Below are positions 8,837-18,375 of a stretch of 64,000 nucleotides of DNA, one piece after another (position 1 is the stretch's first letter; the number at the start of each line of letters is the position of its first letter). Origin of the DNA: an uncultured Acidobacteriota bacterium (GTDB lineage: Bacteria; Acidobacteriota; Vicinamibacteria; Vicinamibacterales; CAVVIG01). Location of the stretch: the NCBI GenBank assembly GCA_963770995.1, contig CAVYRS010000001.1, positions 502,815-566,814 on the forward strand. The letters are read 5' to 3'. The position numbers and the translations under genes are program-made. Below the pieces are notes generated by a model. It searched no databases. It worked only from the letters and a program-made list of their open reading frames with translations, and was not told where the DNA came from.

Positions 8837-9450
8837 CTCGCCTTCGCGCCTGGGTCGTCGCAGCACTCGCGATCGGCGCGACGGCGGCCGCGGCGTCGCC
8901 CCTGTCGGCGCAGGAGCCGGTGCCGCCGGCGGCGGGTGAGTACGGCCGCGCGGCAAAGCTCGAGAGCGTGGTCTTCGAAAGCGCGAACAAACAGATCCGG
9001 TTCGAGTACCCGAAGCGGGACTGGGAAATCGTGCCGCGGGCCGGCGCCGCGATGATTCCCGGCGCCACCTCCCCCATCGTGTCGCTGGTCCAGCGCAAGC
9101 GCGAGGCGGCGGTGGTCGTCGAGCAGACGAAGCTGCATCAGCCGCTCGCGCTCGACGACATCACCGATCTCCTCAGCCAGCTCGAGATGGATTCGCTGCG
9201 CGAGCGCCAGCCGCAGGCGAGCGACGTGAAGGCCAAGCTGGTGGAGGCCGGCGGCCGGCGGTTCGTCATCCTGACCTACGCCCGCCAGGGCGTCGGTGGT
9301 CCCGAGCGCGTTCGCCAGTATTCGTTTGCCGCCGGCGCCGATCTGTTTCGCCTGACGTGCGTCGCGGCGGCCTCGCAGTTCGCCCGGTACGAACCGGTTT
9401 TCGCCCACGTCGCGGCCTCGTTCACCGTGACCGCCGGCGGCACTCAGTGA
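8833..9450 (+). CDS. exported hypothetical protein (possibly PsbP/DcrB-like fold)
   Basis: Internal ATG at 8833 forms an ATGA overlap with the preceding stop. Signal peptide MTRLRAWVVAALAIGATAAAASPLSAQE. The fold suggestion is weak. Confidence 0.65.
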   Translation: MTRLRAWVVAALAIGATAAAASPLSAQEPVPPAAGEYGRAAKLESVVFESANKQIRFEYPKRDWEIVPRAGAAMIPGATSPIVSLVQRKREAAVVVEQTKLHQPLALDDITDLLSQLEMDSLRERQPQASDVKAKLVEAGGRRFVILTYARQGVGGPERVRQYSFAAGADLFRLTCVAAASQFARYEPVFAHVAASFTVTAGGTQ

Positions 9451-9457
9451 GGGATTC

Positions 9458-11232
9458 GTGAACACGAGGAACGACCCGTCCCAGATCGGACGGTATCAGG
9501 TCATCGAGCGCGTCGGCAAAGGCGGGATGGGTGTGCTCTTCCGCGGCATGGATCCGGTGCTCGATCGCGAGGTGGCGATCAAGCTGATGCTGGTCGACTT
9601 CTCCGAGGACGAGGAGCAGCTGCGCCCGCGTTTCTACGTCGAGGCCCGCGCCGCCGCCAAGCTCCAGCATCGCAACATCGTCACGGTGTTCGAGTTCGCG
9701 GAAGAAGGCAACACGCCGTACATCGTGATGGAGTTCCTGCGCGGCACGAGCCTGGCCGCGCGCATCGTGTCGCCGCTGCCGCTGTCGCTCGACGCCAAGC
9801 TCGACATCATCGCGCAGTTGTGCGACGCGCTCCATTACGCGCACGAACAGGGCGTCGTGCACCGCGACGTGAAGCCGGCGAACGTGTTCCTCCTCACCGA
9901 CGGGACGGTCAAGCTGCTCGACTTCGGCATCGCGAAGATGACCTCGTCCGGCGCTGACCCGTCAGGGCGACGTCCTCGGCAGCGCGTCGTACATGTCGCC
10001 CGAGCAGGTGCGCGGCAGCGACATGGTGGACGGCCGGGCCGACATCTTCTCGGTCGGCGTCGTCATGTACGAGCTGCTCGCCGGCCGCAAGCCGTTCGAG
10101 GCCGATCAGCCGACGGCGACGATCGTGAAGATCCTCAACGATCCGCCGCCGGCCATCGAGACGCTCGCGCCGGATCTGCCCGCACAGCTCGTCGCCGCCG
10201 TCAACCGTGCGTTGGCGAAGGATCCCGCCGAGCGCTACGCGACGGCCGGCGAGCTGAGCAAAGAGCTGCAGTGGATCCGGCGAGCGCTTGGCGCCGCCGG
10301 CGAAGGCGCGCCGCTCGAGGAAACGCGGTTCGCGTCGCCGACCGAGATCCGTTCGTTCCAGGCCGAGCTGGACAAACACGACAGGAAGTCCGCCACCGGA
10401 TCGCGCGCGGCCGCCGGCGTGGCGCCGCCGGCGACCGCGACGCCCAAGTGGGTGATCCCGGCAGCCGCAGCGGCAGTGGTCGTCGTCGGCGGGCTCGCCG
10501 CGATGCTGATGCTCGGACGCGGTTCGGACACGACCGCGGCCTCGGCGACGCCCACGGCAGCGGCCACTCCGGCCGCCGGCGCCGAAATCACCCGCCCCGG
10601 CAAATGCCGGTGTGGACGGCGCGACCCTCAAGGTCTCGTCGGAACCGACCGGAGCGTCCATCATTCTCGACGGGCGCGACACGAAGCAGGCGACGCCCGC
10701 GTCGATCACGCTCCAGGGCGCTGGTCCGCACCGGCTGCAGCTGACGAAGCGCGGATTCGTCAGCAAGACCGTCAACCTCGAAGCGCAGGACGTGAGCAGC
10801 GGCGCGGTCAACTACACGCTCGAAGAAGCGAAGGTCGTGATCGTCCCCATCGCCATCTCCAGCGCCTACCCGGTGGAGGTCTTCGAGGGCGGGAAATCGA
10901 TCTCGAAACCGAGCGACAGCCATCAGCTGAAGCTTCAAGCGGGCACGACGATCCGCGTGAGGAACCCGGAGTACCTGCTGGACGCCTCCGTCCGGGTCGA
11001 CGGCAAGACCGACTATCAGGCGCCGGCGCTCGGCTACCTGAGCGTGCTCACCCGATACGAGACGTGCAACGTCAAGATTGGCGCGAAGGATCTGGGCTAT
11101 CCGCCGATCACCAAGATGCCGCTCGTCGTCGGGCAGTACAAGGTCGATATCGTGTGCCCCGCCGGACAGAGTCCCAACGGGCAGTTCGTCACCATCGCGC
11201 CGAACAGCACCGCAGTCGCGAGGATCCAATGA
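9458..11232 (+). pseudogene. Ser/Thr kinase - TM - PEGA domain gene interrupted by two frameshifts
   Basis: The N-lobe and catalytic loop lie in the frame of 9458 (GKGGMGVLF, VAIKLM, HRDVKPANVF, LDFGIAK) and turn to junk after ...AKMTSSG. The activation segment, C-lobe and TM lie in the frame of 9993, which opens after TGA 9939-9941 (LTRQGDVLGSASYMSPEQ..., WVIPAAAAAVVVVGGLAAMLML). The PEGA domain lies in the frame of 10612, which opens after TGA 10507-10509 (ATLKVSSEPTGASIILDG...LQLTKRGFVSK), and ends at TGA 11230-11232. Confidence 0.8.
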
Positions 11233-12713
11233 AGCTGCAGTTCATGGTTGTTGCATCGCTCCTGCTGGCCGCCTCGCTAGGCGCCCAGTCGCCGCGCGAA
11301 GAAGAACTGGCGCGCAGTCAGTACCAGAGCGGCCTCGACTTTCTCCAGAGCCGGCGATACGCGGAAGCGATCAAGGATTTCCAGGCCGTCGTCGACTCCT
11401 TCCCGAAGAGCTCGGTGGCCGACGCCGCGCTGGTCCAGATCGGGATGTACCAGCTCGACGTCGCCCGCAACCCGGAGGCGGCGCAGGCTGCGACTGACAA
11501 GTTGCTGAAGGAATATCCGAGCGGTGCCGCCGCGCCAATGGCCTACGTCATGGCCGGGCGGCTGGCGATCACCAAAGGCCGCGCCGCAGCGGATGTCGAG
11601 GCGGCGATGGCCAGCTTCGAGCGCGTGTCGCGCCTCTTCCCGGGCTCGGAGGCGGTCGCGGCCGCGAATCACTACGCCGGCATCGCGCTGTGGCTGGTCC
11701 GCCGCAATGAGGAAGCGCTCGACCGGTTCCGGCGCGTGACGATGGAGTATCCGCGATCGATCTGGTCGGCGCGCGCGACCCTGGCCGCGGCCGTGGTGCT
11801 GGTGCAGACGGATCGCGCCATGCGCGCCCTCGAGGAACTGCAGCGCGTCCGCCTGCAGTTCGCGGGCACGCCGGAAGCGGCGACCGCGCTCAACTTCAAC
11901 ACGATCATCTACCGCCTCTACGTGCGTCCGCCGCAGCCCTCATACGCGTTCAGCGGCAAGTACATCGGGGCCGAAACCGCGAAGTTCCGCGATGTCGTCG
12001 GCGTCACCGTCAACGATGCCGGCCAGATCATCCTGGGTCATAAAACCGGCATCTCCGTCTTCGATGCCAAGGCGGCGCTCGTGAAGACGGTCACCGCCGA
12101 GGAGCCGTCGGCGTTTTTCACGGACGAGAAAGGTCGGCTCGTTACTGTCCGGCGCGACACGCTGGTGGCCGAGGGCGGCGACTACGCCGCGATCAGCATC
12201 CCGCAGAAGGACGGCAAACTGCGGCCGGCCGACGAAATCCCGTCGGTGCTCCCGCTGTCGAACGGCGACCGCCTCATCTCGGATCGCAAAGGCAAAGCCG
12301 TGATCCGCGTGGCGATCAACGGCAAGTACCTCAAGAACTTCGCAACGCTCAACGCCGAGCGCATGGTCATGAACCAGCTCGAAGACGTTGCGATACTGGA
12401 CAAGGACACCAAGTCGGTGGTGGTCGTCGATCGCGAAGGCAAGCAGCTGATCAAGATTCTGCCGAAGGGCACCGGCTACGAGCTCGACAACCCGGTGGAT
12501 GTGGCGTTCGATCCGTTCGGCAACATCTACGTCCTCGAGCGCGGCAAGCCGGCCCTGCATGTCTTCAATCCGAAGAACAAGCTGCTGGCGAGCTTCAGCA
12601 TGCCGGAGAAGGACCCGGGGTCGTTCCCCCGCCCGCAGGCGTTCGGGCTCGACGGCGCCGGCCGCGTGTACTTGTTCGATGATCGGTCGCAGCGCATCCA
12701 GGTGTATCAGTAA
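11229..12713 (+). CDS. exported protein: N-terminal YbgF/BamD-like TPR region plus C-terminal NHL-type beta-propeller repeats
   Basis: ATG 11229 in an ATGA overlap with the PEGA stop. Signal peptide MKLQFMVVASLLLAASLGAQS. TPR-like YQSGLDFLQSRRYAEAIKDFQAVVDSFPKS. NHL-like VDVAFDPFGNIYVLERG...LDGAGRVYLFDDRSQRIQVY. This is the last third of the chimeric track ORF 9993..12713. Confidence 0.8.
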   Translation: MKLQFMVVASLLLAASLGAQSPREEELARSQYQSGLDFLQSRRYAEAIKDFQAVVDSFPKSSVADAALVQIGMYQLDVARNPEAAQAATDKLLKEYPSGAAAPMAYVMAGRLAITKGRAAADVEAAMASFERVSRLFPGSEAVAAANHYAGIALWLVRRNEEALDRFRRVTMEYPRSIWSARATLAAAVVLVQTDRAMRALEELQRVRLQFAGTPEAATALNFNTIIYRLYVRPPQPSYAFSGKYIGAETAKFRDVVGVTVNDAGQIILGHKTGISVFDAKAALVKTVTAEEPSAFFTDEKGRLVTVRRDTLVAEGGDYAAISIPQKDGKLRPADEIPSVLPLSNGDRLISDRKGKAVIRVAINGKYLKNFATLNAERMVMNQLEDVAILDKDTKSVVVVDREGKQLIKILPKGTGYELDNPVDVAFDPFGNIYVLERGKPALHVFNPKNKLLASFSMPEKDPGSFPRPQAFGLDGAGRVYLFDDRSQRIQVYQ

Positions 12714-14857
12714 TGCTCAGACGAAAGTTCGTCCTTGTACTCGTCCTGCTGGCGGCCTTTGCGCCGGTCTGTCCTGCACACGCGCAGGCGGTGGATCCCC
12801 AGTTCTCCGAAGCCAAGCGGCTGTTCGATTCGTTGGACTACGATGCCGCGCTGCGCGCGCTGGACCTGGCGATCTCGGGCCTCGAAGCGAAACCGTTGCA
12901 GGATCCCGCCAGGCGCGAGCTGCTGCCGGGCGCGTACGAGATGCGGGCGCGCTCGAAGTTCGGCCTCGGCGATCAGGACGGCGCGCGCGCCGATTTCATC
13001 GCGCTCCTGAAGATCAACGCCGGCCACGCCTTGACGGGTCAGGTGTCGCCGCGCGTGGTGGCGCTGTTCGAGGAGGCCGTCAAGAACTCGGTCACCAGCG
13101 TGAACCTCTCAGTCACGCCGCCGAGCGCGAAGATCGCGATCGACGGCACCCCCGTGCCCGCCAGCGCCACGCTGCCGGTCACCATCGGCGAGCATACGAT
13201 CACCGCCGAGCAGCCCGGTTACCGCAAGGTGCAGCAGGCGTTCACCGCCGAAGCGGGCGCGCCCGCGACCGTGACCCTGACCCTCGAGCGCGTGTCGTCG
13301 GTATTGAACATCTTGACGACGCCGTCGGACGTCGACGTCTCGATCAACGGCGTGAAGCGCGGAAAGACCGCGGCCGGTCCGCCGCCCCCGGCGTTTGCGG
13401 AGGCAATCGCCCGCGCGAAGGTGACGCCGGCGCAGGTGTCGGCGGTGATGGTGGTCCCCGACATGCCGGCCGGCACGCACGTGATCGAATTCACGCGCGA
13501 CTGCTACGTCAAGGCCGAGAGGCGTCTGCCGATCGACAAGCCGGACGACTACACGGTGGGACCGATTCCACTCGAGCATGCGGTCGCCAGCTTGAACGTG
13601 CGCGCGAACGATCCCCGCGCGCAAGTGGTGGTCGATGGACAGAATCGCGGCTCCGCGCCGTTCAGCACGACCGATCTGTGCGAAGGCGAGCACACGGTGG
13701 AGCTGCGATCGCAATCGGGCCGCTTCTTCAAGCGCGTGCAGGCCCGGACCGGCGACAAGCTGACGGTCGACGGCGTCCTGAAGCCGGCGTTCGCCCTGCT
13801 CTCGGCGTTCGGCGGGCAGCCTGGCGGCTCGGATTTGCGGCTGGCCGTCGAGCGCCTGTTCGATCCGGCCGTCTCGGTGACGCTGTTCGCCCCGCCTGGA
13901 GACCAGGTTGATCAAGCGCTTCGCGCGAACCAGCTGCAACCCGGGTGGCTGGCGTTCGATGCCAACAAGCGGCCGATGGGCAACTCCACCGATCTGGTGC
14001 AGTCGATGCGCCGCGACCTCGGGCTCAAGCTCGCGTCGACGTTCGGGTCGCAGGGCGTTGCCGCAATCACGGTGATCGATCGAAACCGCGTGGTGCTGTC
14101 GATTCTGGCCGCCGGCAGCAACGACCCCGACGTGCTCGAGGTGAGCCTCGACAACGCCGATTCCGTGAGGCGCGCCATCGGCCAGCTCGATCGGTTGCCG
14201 GCCTTCTTCCGGCCCTCGATTGGGATGGTCTCTGTCGATGTGGCCGACGTGACCGGTGTCGTGGTCGGCGGCGTGGATGCGAACGGGCCGGCCGCGAAAG
14301 CCGGCATCAAGGTCGGCGACCTGGTGGTGAAAGCGAACAACCAGCCGATCGCGGACGCGGCGGCGCTCGCCGGCGCGCTGGCGTCCCGCAAGGCGAACGA
14401 CGACCTGAACATGGAAATCAAGGATCGCACCGGCGCCGTGAAGCAGGTCGCGGTGAAAGTGTCGATGACGCCGCGGCTGATCGGCATCTCGGATCAGAGC
14501 CTGCTGGTCAATGCGATCCTGGTGGCGCTGCGATCGCGGCTGCTCACGCCGTCGGAGCCATCCGAGGAAGCGGTGATACGCCTCAACCTGGCGGCTGCGC
14601 TCGCGCGCGTCGAGGCCTGGAGCGAGGCGCGCACGGAGCTGCAGAACGTCAAGTTGCCGGATGGCGCGGGCGTCGCCAACGGCACCGTGCAGTACCTGCT
14701 TGGCCTGTGCGCCGACCGCCTGGGGAATCGGGCCGACGCCGAAACCGCCTATCGAGCCGCGGCCGCGTCCGAGAGCCTGCTCACCGAAGACGGCCCGCCG
14801 GTGAGGGAGCTCGCGCAGGCGAAGCTCATGGAGCTGCAGCGGCGCTCGGGACTGTAG
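12713..14857 (+). CDS. exported multi-domain protein: TPR, 3 PEGA-like domains, PDZ, C-terminal TPR
   Basis: Its ATG overlaps the previous TAA (TAATG). Signal peptide LVLVLLAAFAPVCPAHAQA. PEGA-like segments: NLSVTPPSAKIAIDG...AEQPGY; LNILTTPSDVDVSINGV; LNVRANDPRAQVVVDGQNRG. PDZ: VVGGVDANGPAAKAGIKVGDLVVKANNQPI. Confidence 0.8.
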   Translation: MLRRKFVLVLVLLAAFAPVCPAHAQAVDPQFSEAKRLFDSLDYDAALRALDLAISGLEAKPLQDPARRELLPGAYEMRARSKFGLGDQDGARADFIALLKINAGHALTGQVSPRVVALFEEAVKNSVTSVNLSVTPPSAKIAIDGTPVPASATLPVTIGEHTITAEQPGYRKVQQAFTAEAGAPATVTLTLERVSSVLNILTTPSDVDVSINGVKRGKTAAGPPPPAFAEAIARAKVTPAQVSAVMVVPDMPAGTHVIEFTRDCYVKAERRLPIDKPDDYTVGPIPLEHAVASLNVRANDPRAQVVVDGQNRGSAPFSTTDLCEGEHTVELRSQSGRFFKRVQARTGDKLTVDGVLKPAFALLSAFGGQPGGSDLRLAVERLFDPAVSVTLFAPPGDQVDQALRANQLQPGWLAFDANKRPMGNSTDLVQSMRRDLGLKLASTFGSQGVAAITVIDRNRVVLSILAAGSNDPDVLEVSLDNADSVRRAIGQLDRLPAFFRPSIGMVSVDVADVTGVVVGGVDANGPAAKAGIKVGDLVVKANNQPIADAAALAGALASRKANDDLNMEIKDRTGAVKQVAVKVSMTPRLIGISDQSLLVNAILVALRSRLLTPSEPSEEAVIRLNLAAALARVEAWSEARTELQNVKLPDGAGVANGTVQYLLGLCADRLGNRADAETAYRAAAASESLLTEDGPPVRELAQAKLMELQRRSGL

Positions 14858-14861
14858 TCTC

Positions 14862-15128
14862 GTGTCGGACACCTGCGCGCATATCGACGCGATCACGAGC
14901 GTCAAACATCCCGTGCGCCGCGAGTGCGCGGAGTGCGTGAAGACGGGCGCGCGCTGGATGCACTTGCGCACGTGTCAGACCTGCGGCACGACGCTCTGCT
15001 GCGACTCGTCCCCCAACCGCCACGCCAGCAAGCACGCGCGCGCAAGCGACCATCCGGTGGTCGCGTCGGCCGAACCGGGCGAACAGTGGCTCTACTGCTT
15101 CGCCGATGACGCGTTCGCCGAGTACTGA
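14862..15128 (+). CDS. UBP-type zinc-finger (Znf-UBP) domain protein
   Basis: 88 aa, GTG start 4 nt after the previous stop. Cys/His pattern CAHID...CAECVKTGARWMHLRTCQTCGTTLCCDSSPNRHASKHA...HP. Confidence 0.8.
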   Translation: MSDTCAHIDAITSVKHPVRRECAECVKTGARWMHLRTCQTCGTTLCCDSSPNRHASKHARASDHPVVASAEPGEQWLYCFADDAFAEY

Positions 15129-15130
15129 TT

Positions 15131-16972
15131 TCAGTCGACGCCGAAAGCCAGCAGGACGTTGCCCGGCCGCAGGCCGAAGGCGCCGTAGCCGGAGCTCACA
15201 TAAACGCGCCCGCCGGCGACAACGGGCGCCGGCCCGTACATCGATCCGCCCCTGGCCTTCACGCGGTTGACGGTCGTGAACTCCCGGTTGCTGTCGAACG
15301 ACCACACCACCGCTCCGTCCGCCGTCGAGTGGGCGCGCGCGACGCCGTCGTTCGATGGGGAAAAGACGACGCCGCGAATCACTGTCACGGCGGAGAACAA
15401 CGCGCTGCTGCACGCGCGGCTCGGTTTGCCGCAGGCCGGCGCGGCGGGAGCCGCGAGCCACGCGCGATGGCCGGTTGCCAGATCGAGCGCGTGCAGCCCA
15501 CCGGGTTCCGGCGCGTAGATGTCGGCAATCGGAACGTACGCGTGCTGCCCGTCCGCGGCGACACCCCACTGCGTTCCGCCCAGTCCCGTTCCGACGCCGG
15601 CTCGATGGCGCCAGACGAGAGCGCCTTTCCGATCCGGATCGAGCGCGTAGGCCACGCCGGATTTCTGCCCGACAACGATCAGGTCGCGGCGCGGCGAGAC
15701 GGCAACGAGCGCCGGCGCGGCCCCGATGTCGAAGTCGGGTCCAGGCCGCTCGGCACAGTTGACGTCGCCGGGCACGCAGCCGAAGAGATCGTTCGGCGTC
15801 AGTTGATGCGTCCATCGCATGGCCCCGGTTTTCAGATCGAACGCGACGATCGCATCCGTCGTCGGCTGCGGCGGTCCGCTGTAGGAGTTGCCGACGCCGA
15901 CGTACAGCGCGCCGCGCTTGGCATCGATCGTCGGCGCCGACCAGATCGCGCCGCCAGACGGTCCCCACAACTCGGTGCCGTTCGCGTAGACACGCAGCAG
16001 TGTCGGCGGATCGGCAATGGTGTGGGTCTTCCACACTTCCTCTCCGGTGACGGCGTCGAGCGCGACGACGCTTCCCCGAAACGTGCAGCAGGGGTAGCCG
16101 GGCGCTCTGCCGCCTTCTTCGTAGGACGAAGTGGGCACGTACAGCCGGCCTTCATGCAGGGTTGGCGATCCTGTGAGTCTGACGAGCAGATGGTCGTCAA
16201 CCTTACGGCTCCATAAGAGCCGGCCATCGGATGCGTCAGCCGCGTAAACGTAGCCTTGTAGATCTGCGAAGTACGCCGCGTAACGGCGGGCGCTCCGGGC
16301 GACGCCGGGCGGACTCACCATACCAACCGAAATCGACGCGCGCACACCGGCGTGCGCTTCGAACGTCCATGCGATGCAGCCCGTTCGGGCGTCGAGCGAG
16401 TAGACGATGCCGTTCTGACCGCCGACGAACAGACGGCCGCCCGCAACCGTCGGCTGGGCCCATGCGGATGTCGTGTCCGGAAAGCCGAAGGCCCATTTCA
16501 AACGGAGGCGCGGCACCTGATCGGCGGTGAGGCCCGCCTGCGCGGCCGGTTGAAAGTGTGTGTTGCCGGGACCGGGCCCCCAGCCATTCCAGTGCGGGCC
16601 TGTCGCGGGATCCGTCATCGGCGGGATGCGCGGGCAGCGGCCGAGGGTGGCGCCGCTGACCGTTCCGCGCAGCGTTCGGCCCGTGATGAATTCGGCCACG
16701 GCGCGGCGTTCTGGTCCACTCAGCGCGAGTCCCTGGTAGCGCATGGAGCCGGACGTGAGCGCGTCCACGATCGCCTGCGGAGAACGGCCGCTCATCGCGT
16801 CCTGCGTCGGCGCGCGCGGATCGTCGCCGTCGTGACACGACTGGCAGGCCCGCTCGAAAATCGCCTGGCCGTCCACGGGCGCCGGTGCCGGTGCCGGTAT
16901 CTGCGCCAGCGCGGCGGCAAGGCACACGGCGGGCACGACCAGAAAGGGGATGACCAGACGGCTAGGGACCAC
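15131..16972 (-). CDS. cytochrome c domain fused to a PQQ-repeat (BamB-like) beta-propeller dehydrogenase-like protein
   Basis: 613 aa with a signal peptide and one CxxCH (ERACQSCHDG) at the N-terminus. Repeated propeller segments follow (GGRLFVGGQNGIVYSLDARTGCIAWTF, YVYAADASDGRLLW, VVALDAVTGEEVWK, LHALDLATGHRAW). Confidence 0.8.
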   Translation of the reverse strand: MVPSRLVIPFLVVPAVCLAAALAQIPAPAPAPVDGQAIFERACQSCHDGDDPRAPTQDAMSGRSPQAIVDALTSGSMRYQGLALSGPERRAVAEFITGRTLRGTVSGATLGRCPRIPPMTDPATGPHWNGWGPGPGNTHFQPAAQAGLTADQVPRLRLKWAFGFPDTTSAWAQPTVAGGRLFVGGQNGIVYSLDARTGCIAWTFEAHAGVRASISVGMVSPPGVARSARRYAAYFADLQGYVYAADASDGRLLWSRKVDDHLLVRLTGSPTLHEGRLYVPTSSYEEGGRAPGYPCCTFRGSVVALDAVTGEEVWKTHTIADPPTLLRVYANGTELWGPSGGAIWSAPTIDAKRGALYVGVGNSYSGPPQPTTDAIVAFDLKTGAMRWTHQLTPNDLFGCVPGDVNCAERPGPDFDIGAAPALVAVSPRRDLIVVGQKSGVAYALDPDRKGALVWRHRAGVGTGLGGTQWGVAADGQHAYVPIADIYAPEPGGLHALDLATGHRAWLAAPAAPACGKPSRACSSALFSAVTVIRGVVFSPSNDGVARAHSTADGAVVWSFDSNREFTTVNRVKARGGSMYGPAPVVAGGRVYVSSGYGAFGLRPGNVLLAFGVD

Positions 16973-17019
16973 GGAATCGAAAAACGATCATAACCGTGCA
17001 CGTGTAGAATCAGAGCGAA

Positions 17020-17598
17020 ATGCAACCACGAAGCCACGAAACCACGAAGAAGAACCGGTCTTTTTCGTGTCTTCGTGTTTTCGTGGTTGCGGTTGGGTTG
17101 GTGTCAGGTGGTGTAGGTACGGCGCAGACGCATCGGCTCCCGCAACCGGGCGTGCGCTACGTCCCGTCTCCACAGAGCGTCGTCGATGCGATGCTCGAGT
17201 TGGCGCACGTCACCTCAGCCGACGTCGTCTACGACCTGGGCTCTGGAGACGGCCGGATTCCGATCACTGCGGCGCAGCGCTACGGCGCGCGGGGTGTCGG
17301 CGTCGAGATCGAACGGCGGCTGGTGGCCGAGGCCGCGAGCAACGCGGCGAAGGCGCACGTGGCCGGCCTCGTCTCGTTCGTTCATGGAGACTTGTTCGAA
17401 GCCGACATCCGGCCGGCGACGGTGATCGCGATGTTCCTGCTGCCGCGGATGATCGACGAGCTCTTGCCGAAGTTCAAGCGCGATCTCCGGCCCGGAGCCC
17501 GCATCGTCTCGCACGGATACGACCTGGGTCCGAGTTGGCCGCCCGAACAGACGCGAGACGTCAGCGGCCTCACCATCCATCTCTGGACGATTCGATAG
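17020..17598 (+). CDS. class I SAM-dependent methyltransferase (start uncertain: ATG 17020 lies inside the repeat; TTG 17098 / GTG 17101 are alternatives)
   Basis: YVPSPQSVVDAMLELAHVTSADVVYDLGSGDGRIPITAAQRYGARGVGVEIERRL...FVHGDLF. The first ~24 codons (MQPRSHETTKKNRSFSCLRVFVV) are the translated hairpin element. Confidence 0.8.
   Translation: MQPRSHETTKKNRSFSCLRVFVVAVGLVSGGVGTAQTHRLPQPGVRYVPSPQSVVDAMLELAHVTSADVVYDLGSGDGRIPITAAQRYGARGVGVEIERRLVAEAASNAAKAHVAGLVSFVHGDLFEADIRPATVIAMFLLPRMIDELLPKFKRDLRPGARIVSHGYDLGPSWPPEQTRDVSGLTIHLWTIR
17022..17090. repeat. octamer-array hairpin element (CACGAAG class)
   Basis: GCAACCACGAAG-CCACGAAA-CCACGAAG, loop AAGAACCGGTC, then the inverse TTTTTCGTG-TCTTCGTG-TTTTCGTGGTTGC. 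It lies in a divergent 5' region. Confidence 0.9.
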
Positions 17599-17613
17599 GG
17601 ACGGAGGCGCCCG

Positions 17614-18375
17614 ATGATGATCGCCGGATTGCTCTTGGCTCTGCTCACCGCTCAAGGTCCAGCGGAGGTCGAACAGGGCAAGCAGCTGTTCAACGGCATG
17701 TGCGCACGGTGCCACGGCATCGACGGGACCGGCGACGAAGGTCCGAGCCTGAACCGGCCGGTGCTGGCTCGCGCCACCAGCGACGATGCCTTGCGCGAGG
17801 TGATACGGGACGGCATTCCCGATCGCGGCATGCCTCGCGTGCGCCGGATGACGGACAACGAGCTGGATCAGCTCGTCGCTTATGTCCGGTCGCTCGGACG
17901 GACGGCATCAGTGGCAACCACCGGCAATGTGGACAAAGGCCGCGCGACGTACGAGAAGCTGGGCTGCGCCGCCTGCCACATCGTGAAAGGACAGGGCGGC
18001 AGCTTCGGTCCGGATCTCACGCACATCGGGATCAATCGGGGAGCGGCATACCTGCGGCAGTCGTTTCTGGGACCCTCGGAGACGCTGCCCCGTGGAACGT
18101 CTCCGGTGCCAGGTCGCGGATTCACCGAATACCTCCCCGTTCGCGTCATCACCAACGACGGACGCGAAGTGCGCGGCGTCCGCATCAACGAGGATCCGTT
18201 CACGATTCAGATGCGCGACTCGGCCAACCGTTTTCACTCGTTTCGAAAGAGCGACACGAAGGAAGTCGAGAAAGAGTTCGGCAAGAGCCTGATGCCCAGC
18301 TACCGCGGCCGCCTGACCGACGCCGAAACCGAAGATCTGGTGGCCTTTCTTGCGAGTCTGCGAGGTGCCCAGTGA
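17614..18375 (+). CDS. di-haem c-type cytochrome
   Basis: Signal peptide MMIAGLLLALLTAQG. Two CxxCH motifs (GMCARCHG, LGCAACHIV). GGAGG upstream. Its stop overlaps the next start (GTGA at 18372-18375). Confidence 0.85.
   Translation: MMIAGLLLALLTAQGPAEVEQGKQLFNGMCARCHGIDGTGDEGPSLNRPVLARATSDDALREVIRDGIPDRGMPRVRRMTDNELDQLVAYVRSLGRTASVATTGNVDKGRATYEKLGCAACHIVKGQGGSFGPDLTHIGINRGAAYLRQSFLGPSETLPRGTSPVPGRGFTEYLPVRVITNDGREVRGVRINEDPFTIQMRDSANRFHSFRKSDTKEVEKEFGKSLMPSYRGRLTDAETEDLVAFLASLRGAQ

Noticed and set aside
3021-9450. The FHA + PP2C + Ser/Thr kinase set as the regulatory module of a type VI secretion system
   Set aside because: No T6SS structural genes (TssA-M, Hcp, VgrG, ClpV) are in the window. 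The neighbours are PEGA, PDZ, NHL and TPR envelope proteins instead.
9993-12713. 906-aa track ORF that could be read as one giant protein
   Set aside because: It is a chimera. Codons 1-200 are the kinase C-lobe plus TM. Codons ~205-410 are Arg-rich out-of-frame reading across the PEGA domain, whose real frame is ORF 10612..11232. Only the last 494 codons, from ATG 11229, are the TPR/NHL gene.
13109-14971. Long antisense ORFs opposite real genes (13109..14971, 25817..27619, 31487..33463, 33654..35279, 60241..62778, 53276..54604, 55616..57307 and others)
   Set aside because: These are typical high-GC shadow ORFs. They are very Arg/His/Gly-rich, have no recognisable motifs, and each lies opposite a gene with clear domain signatures.
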